Of a DNA stretch of 64,000 nt, positions 59,707-64,000 are shown one piece after another. Position 1 is the stretch's first letter. Every line of letters begins with the position of its first letter. The position numbers were made by a program, and so were the translations under genes. Below the pieces are notes generated by a model that saw only the letters and a list, made by a program, of their open reading frames with translations, ran no database searches and was not told where the DNA came from. This DNA is from an uncultured Acidobacteriota bacterium (lineage in GTDB: Bacteria > Acidobacteriota > Thermoanaerobaculia > Multivoradales > SZUA-115): the NCBI GenBank assembly GCA_963805975.1, contig CAWDVR010000001.1, positions 1,088,001-1,152,000 of the forward strand, in the 5' to 3' direction.

Positions 59707-61032
59707 TCAGTCGGTGGTGGCGAGGCCTTGGCTGAGCCCGCGATCCCGGCCCGCAGCGACGAAGCGCTGCACGGAGATCCCCTGCTCTTCTCCCAGGTAG
59801 CCCTCCCAGGCACCGGCGAAGTGGCCCTCGCCATTGCCGGTCACGGAGCACTGGAACTGCGCGCCCACCTGACGGTTGCTGAGCTTCACCTCGGCACCGG
59901 TGGCGGCGCCGTCGGCATCGAGCTCGCGAGCGAAGAAACCGATGGGGAAGATCGAGTCGCTGTGATCGAGCCAGACCGCGAGGTAGCCGCCGTCGGGCGT
60001 CGAAGCGAGCGCCGGCGCGATCTGCGCGTTGCCGCCCTGCTCGCCGGTCGAGATCTGCGTCTCGCCGCCCGCCAGGCCGCCCTCGCGGTCGACGAGCTGA
60101 GCGTAGATCCGAGAATCCCACACCGTCTCGAAGCGGCCCTGGAAGGCGACCAGGAAGCGGTTGTCGGTGCCCGCGGCCACGGCCGGGCGCCGCTGCGCGC
60201 CGGCCGCCGTGGTGTTGACCCGGAACGAGGGCGCCAGCGGCTGGCCGTTGGCATCGAGCAGCCGGGCGACCACGGTCTTGTCGCCGTCGGTGCAACAGTC
60301 CTCCCAGGCCACCAGGTAGCGGCCCTCGGAGTTGGCGGCGAGCGCCGCGCGGACGGCGGTAGCTCCCGCGAGGTCGTTCAGGCGGACGGCGGCGCCCAGG
60401 GGGTTGGCGGCCACGTCGAAGCGGCGGGCGAAGATGCCGGAGCGCGACGAGAGCGCGTCCTCGCCGTGCTTCGCCTGCCAGGCGACGAGCACCTGGCGCC
60501 GGCTGCGGGTCAGGGCCGGCCGGTCGTGCAGCGCCCCGCTGTCGGTCGAGACGGCGAACCGCGCGCCCACGGGCTGGGCGTTCTCGTCGAAGCGCTGGCC
60601 CACGATCTGGCGCTGCTGCACTTCCCGCCACTCCTGGAAGGCATCGAGGTGGAGGATCGCTTTCTCCTCGGCCCACACCAGCATGAAGCCGCCACCCGGC
60701 AGCGCCACGGCCGCCGGCTGCGAGTGGTAGGTCACGGGGCCGACGGCGGGGAGCGTGGGCAGGCGCTGATTGCCGATCAGGGTGCGCTCGGGGCCCTGGG
60801 CGACGCCGGCGGTGGAGAAGCGGCGCGCCCGCAGGCCGAGCTGATCGTTTTCCCAAATGGCGGTGATACTGCCGTCATTGTGGAAGACGGAGAGCGGTTG
60901 CCGTTGTTTGAAGGATTCGTCGGAGTTGCCGCGCAGCTCGGTGCCGAGCGGCTGGATCTCGGCTAATGCGGCGGGGGCGAGGGCGAGGGCAAAGCAAACG
61001 GAGCTCAGGATCCGGCGGCTGCAAGGTCTCAT
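59707..61032 (-). CDS. Secreted repeat protein (beta-propeller-like)
   Basis: Signal peptide; about 7 repeats of P.VA....G.F.V.W....I.AR.FD..G; RBS AGGAGGAG. Confidence 0.75.
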   Translation of the reverse strand: MRPCSRRILSSVCFALALAPAALAEIQPLGTELRGNSDESFKQRQPLSVFHNDGSITAIWENDQLGLRARRFSTAGVAQGPERTLIGNQRLPTLPAVGPVTYHSQPAAVALPGGGFMLVWAEEKAILHLDAFQEWREVQQRQIVGQRFDENAQPVGARFAVSTDSGALHDRPALTRSRRQVLVAWQAKHGEDALSSRSGIFARRFDVAANPLGAAVRLNDLAGATAVRAALAANSEGRYLVAWEDCCTDGDKTVVARLLDANGQPLAPSFRVNTTAAGAQRRPAVAAGTDNRFLVAFQGRFETVWDSRIYAQLVDREGGLAGGETQISTGEQGGNAQIAPALASTPDGGYLAVWLDHSDSIFPIGFFARELDADGAATGAEVKLSNRQVGAQFQCSVTGNGEGHFAGAWEGYLGEEQGISVQRFVAAGRDRGLSQGLATTD

Positions 61033-61105
61033 GACAGTCTCCTCCTAGGACGTCCGGGAAGTGTATGGCGCTCTGACATGAAAGGCAAGGTTGGCAGCGG
61101 ATGTC

Positions 61106-61134
61106 TTGAGCATCTCGGGCACGAGCGCTAAAAT
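61106..61134 (+). promoter_or_regulatory. Candidate sigma70 promoter of htpG
   Basis: TTGAGC-N17-TAAAAT. Confidence 0.55.
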
Positions 61135-61251
61135 TCGCCCACCCGTGGCGCCCGGCAGGGCGAGCCGCGGGTTCCCAAACCGAAGAGACGCCTCGCCGAG
61201 GCCTGCCTGCCCGGTGACCGAGGCGTTTGCGACACAGCGAGGAGCCGATCT

Positions 61252-63195
61252 ATGTCCACCGTCGAGACCCATCCCTTCCAGGCCGAGACGCGCAAGCTCC
61301 TCGACCTGATGATCCATTCGCTCTACACCAACAAGGAGATCTTCCTGCGGGAGCTGATCTCGAACGCTTCGGACGCGCTCGACCGCCGGCGCTTCGAGGC
61401 CCTGACCCGGCCCGAGCTCCTGGCCGACACCGATCGCCTCGAGGTCCGCATCGAGGCCGACGCGGAGGCGCGCACCCTCACCCTCCACGACAACGGCATC
61501 GGCATGAGCCGCCAGGAGGTGATCGACAACATCGGCACCATCGCCAAGTCGGGCACCCGGGAGCTGATGGACCGCCTGCGGCAGGCGGACAGCAAGGAAG
61601 GCACTGCCGAGCTGATCGGCCAGTTCGGGGTCGGCTTCTACTCCTGCTTCATGGTGGCCGATCACGTCACCCTTCTCACCCGGCGGGCCGGCGAGGAGGG
61701 CGCCACGCTCTGGCGCTCCGCCGGAGACGGCACCTTCACCATCACCGAGGCCGAGAAGGCCACGGCGGGCACCTCGATCACGCTCCGCCTCAAGGAGGTC
61801 AACAAGGAAGACGGCGTCGACGACTTCACGGACGAGTGGGTGATCTCGCGCGTCGTCAAGCGGTACTCGGACTTCGTCGCCTATCCCATCGTGGTCAAGG
61901 TGCGGCGCGAGAAGCCGCTCGAAGGTGCCACCGGGGAATCCGGCGAGAGCCCGACCGAGACCGTGCTCGAGGACAAGACGCTCAACTCCATGAAGCCGCT
62001 CTGGACCCGGCCGCAGTCCGAGGTCAGCCAGACCGAGCTCAACCAGTTCTACAAGCACATCTCGCACGACTGGACCGACCCGCTGCGCTCCCTCTGGCTC
62101 AAGGCGGAGGGGCGTTTCGAGTACCAGGCGCTGCTCTTCGTGCCGGCCAAGGCACCCTACGACCTCTTCTACCTCGCCTCCCGCCCGGGCTTGCAGCTCT
62201 ACGTCAAGAAGGTGCTGATCATGGAGAGCTGCGAGGATCTGATGCCGCGTTACCTGCGTTTCATGCGCGGCGTGGTGGACGCGCCGGACCTGCCGCTCAA
62301 CGTGTCGCGCGAGATGCTGCAGCAAGACCGCCACATCCTCCAGATGCGCCGCTGGCTGACCCGCAAGATCCTCGAGAGCCTGCGGGACATGCAGCAGAAC
62401 GAGCCCGAAAAGTACCTGGAGCTGTGGGGCGAGTTCGGCCGGGCGATCAAGGAGGGCGTCGCCGAGGACTTCGACAACCGCGACCGTCTGCTCGAGCTGC
62501 TGCAGTTCCAGTCCTCGAACGACCCGCAGAAGCTCACCACCTTCAAGGACTACGTGGGCCGGATGAAGGAGGAGCAGAAGGAGATCTTCTACCTGACCGG
62601 CGAGTCGCGGGTGCAGGTCGAGAGCTCGCCCCACCTCGAGGCCTTCCACCAGAAGGGCTACGAGGTGCTCTATCTCGTGGATCCGGTGGACGAGCTGCTC
62701 ATGCAGTCGCTGCCCGAGGTCGAGGGCAAGCGCTTGAAGTCAGTGGGCAAGGGCACCGTCGAGCTGGGCACGGCCGAGGAGCGCGAGAAGGCGTCCGAGG
62801 ATCTGAAGGCCAAGGAAGCGAAGCTCGGCTCGCTGCTCGAGGCCATGCAGAAGAAGCTCGACCCGCACGTCAAGCAGGTGCGCCTCTCCAACCGGCTGAC
62901 CTCCTCGCCGGTCTGCCTGGTGGGAGCCGAGCACGACTACAGCCCGCAGCTCGAGCGCCTGCTGCAGAAGGGCAAGGGCGGTGGCCCGGCCCAGCGGCGG
63001 ATCATGGAGGTCAACCCTGATCATCCGGTGCTTGCCAAGCTGGGCGAACGCTTCGAGCGCGACCCGGAGGACGGGCTGGTGGGCGACTATGCCGAGCTGC
63101 TGCTGGGCTACGGCCTCCTCGCCGAGGGAGCCGAGCTGCCCGACCCGGCCCGCTTCAACCGGCTGGTGGCGGAGCTGATGGCGCGGTCGGCGTAG
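61252..63195 (+). CDS. htpG: Hsp90 chaperone HtpG
   Basis: HSLYTNKEIFLRELISNASDA, DNGIGM, IGQFGVGFYS, LPLNVSRE. Confidence 0.98.
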   Translation: MSTVETHPFQAETRKLLDLMIHSLYTNKEIFLRELISNASDALDRRRFEALTRPELLADTDRLEVRIEADAEARTLTLHDNGIGMSRQEVIDNIGTIAKSGTRELMDRLRQADSKEGTAELIGQFGVGFYSCFMVADHVTLLTRRAGEEGATLWRSAGDGTFTITEAEKATAGTSITLRLKEVNKEDGVDDFTDEWVISRVVKRYSDFVAYPIVVKVRREKPLEGATGESGESPTETVLEDKTLNSMKPLWTRPQSEVSQTELNQFYKHISHDWTDPLRSLWLKAEGRFEYQALLFVPAKAPYDLFYLASRPGLQLYVKKVLIMESCEDLMPRYLRFMRGVVDAPDLPLNVSREMLQQDRHILQMRRWLTRKILESLRDMQQNEPEKYLELWGEFGRAIKEGVAEDFDNRDRLLELLQFQSSNDPQKLTTFKDYVGRMKEEQKEIFYLTGESRVQVESSPHLEAFHQKGYEVLYLVDPVDELLMQSLPEVEGKRLKSVGKGTVELGTAEEREKASEDLKAKEAKLGSLLEAMQKKLDPHVKQVRLSNRLTSSPVCLVGAEHDYSPQLERLLQKGKGGGPAQRRIMEVNPDHPVLAKLGERFERDPEDGLVGDYAELLLGYGLLAEGAELPDPARFNRLVAELMARSA

Positions 63196-63198
63196 GAG

Positions 63199-63240
63199 CC
63201 CCTCACCCTAGCCCTCTCCCCGCAAGCGGGGCGAGGGGAC
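63199..63240. repeat. REP-like palindromic element
   Basis: CCCCTCACCCTAGCCCTCTCCCCGCAAGCGGGGCGAGGGG hairpin just after the htpG stop. Confidence 0.6.
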
Positions 63241-63247
63241 CGGAATC

Positions 63248-63272
63248 GTAGGGGCGACCGGCGGTCGCCCCT
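63248..63272 (+). repeat. GTAG-type REP hairpin
   Basis: GTAGGGGCGACCG-G-CGGTCGCCCCT. Confidence 0.55.
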
Positions 63273-64000
63273 CACACGGGCGCCAGGCGGAAGCGGTAGG
63301 GCTCCGCCTGGCCCGGTCTGGCAGGCAGGATGATCTTCAGGACATAGAGATTGAAGTTCTCCTCGGTCCACCACATCGGATGGCGGGCCGAAGGTTTCTC
63401 GAGCACGACCTCGAAAGAGGCGAAACCGGTCGGGGCCAGCGTGGTCTCGCCCAGGGTGCCGCCCCGGACCTCGATCGCGCTCGGGCCGCCGGCGGCAAAG
63501 GTGAGATCGATCTTGCCGAGCGGGCGCTCGCGGCCGATCACGAGCTCGGCGGTGGTGCCTGGCGGAGCCAGGAGCCAGCTCCCTTTCTCTTCCGCGCGAA
63601 CCCCCGGGGTGAGGATCTTGATCCAGATGCCGCTCTGGATCACGTCCTCCTGCCCGGCCGGCTTGAGCTGCTCCTGGGTGGTCTCGTGGGGCAGCAGCCG
63701 CCGGGCGAGCGGGGTGACGTAGCGAAAGCCCCCTTCGGGTGCCAGCGGATAGGCGCGAGGCGCGGTCCACAGCGTCCACAGGAAGGGCGCGGCGCAGGCG
63801 GTGGCAGCCAGCGGCAGCACCACGCTCGTGGGCCGCGCCGCCAGGAACCAGAGGGCGGGGTACACAGGCAGGAAGTAGCGGTTGGCGATGGCCGCGCCGC
63901 CGCCGTAGAAGTTCATCGGCCGTACGAAGAAAAAGCCGGCCATGGCGAGCGCCACGGCCAACAGCAGGGCCCAGCGGCCGTTCTCCGGCCGGTAGGCGGC
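63272..64000 (-). CDS. C-terminal part of a membrane protein (possibly GT-C-like), truncated by the window edge
   Basis: TM segments, GGG...NRYFLP motif, soluble C-terminal domain. Confidence 0.6.
   Translation of the reverse strand, partial: AAYRPENGRWALLLAVALAMAGFFFVRPMNFYGGGAAIANRYFLPVYPALWFLAARPTSVVLPLAATACAAPFLWTLWTAPRAYPLAPEGGFRYVTPLARRLLPHETTQEQLKPAGQEDVIQSGIWIKILTPGVRAEEKGSWLLAPPGTTAELVIGRERPLGKIDLTFAAGGPSAIEVRGGTLGETTLAPTGFASFEVVLEKPSARHPMWWTEENFNLYVLKIILPARPGQAEPYRFRLAPV

Overview
High-GC bacterial DNA, plausibly Acidobacteriota/Thermoanaerobaculia-like (inference from gene content and a C-terminal IFADGFETGD motif). Two thirds of the window is a single 14,220-aa NRPS-PKS ORF (363..43025, minus strand). 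I parse it as C-A-T / C*-A-T / C*-A-T / C-T (no A) / C-A-T-E / C(DCL)-A-T / C-A-T / C-A-T / C*-A-T / C-A-T / C-A-T / C-A-T / KS-AT-ACP-TE, where C* is a dehydrating modAA-type C domain. The predicted product is a fully uncharged, hydrophobic peptide: roughly (acyl?)-Dhb-Dhb-Val-X-D-Leu-Val-Leu-Dhb-Val-(Pro-like)-Val-(Ala-like), then one unreduced ketide. Directly upstream and co-oriented is an unusual lower-GC cassette: a Get3d/ArsA ATPase with an alpha-crystallin domain, an 80-aa amphipathic protein ending in an IXI/V-type motif, and a patatin. Transcribed divergently are an NTF2/SnoaL protein and a RiPP-type B12 radical-SAM C-methyltransferase with no visible precursor peptide. The block abuts the 3' end of tRNA-Glu(TTC). 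The NRPS contains a 2.54-kb, ~99%-identical internal repeat with strong alternating nucleotide skews (GRINS-like). Right of the tRNA are ordinary genes: APC permease, PLP aminotransferase, cupin, S8 protease, hypotheticals and htpG. Domain boundaries are approximate and specificity codes were read by eye.
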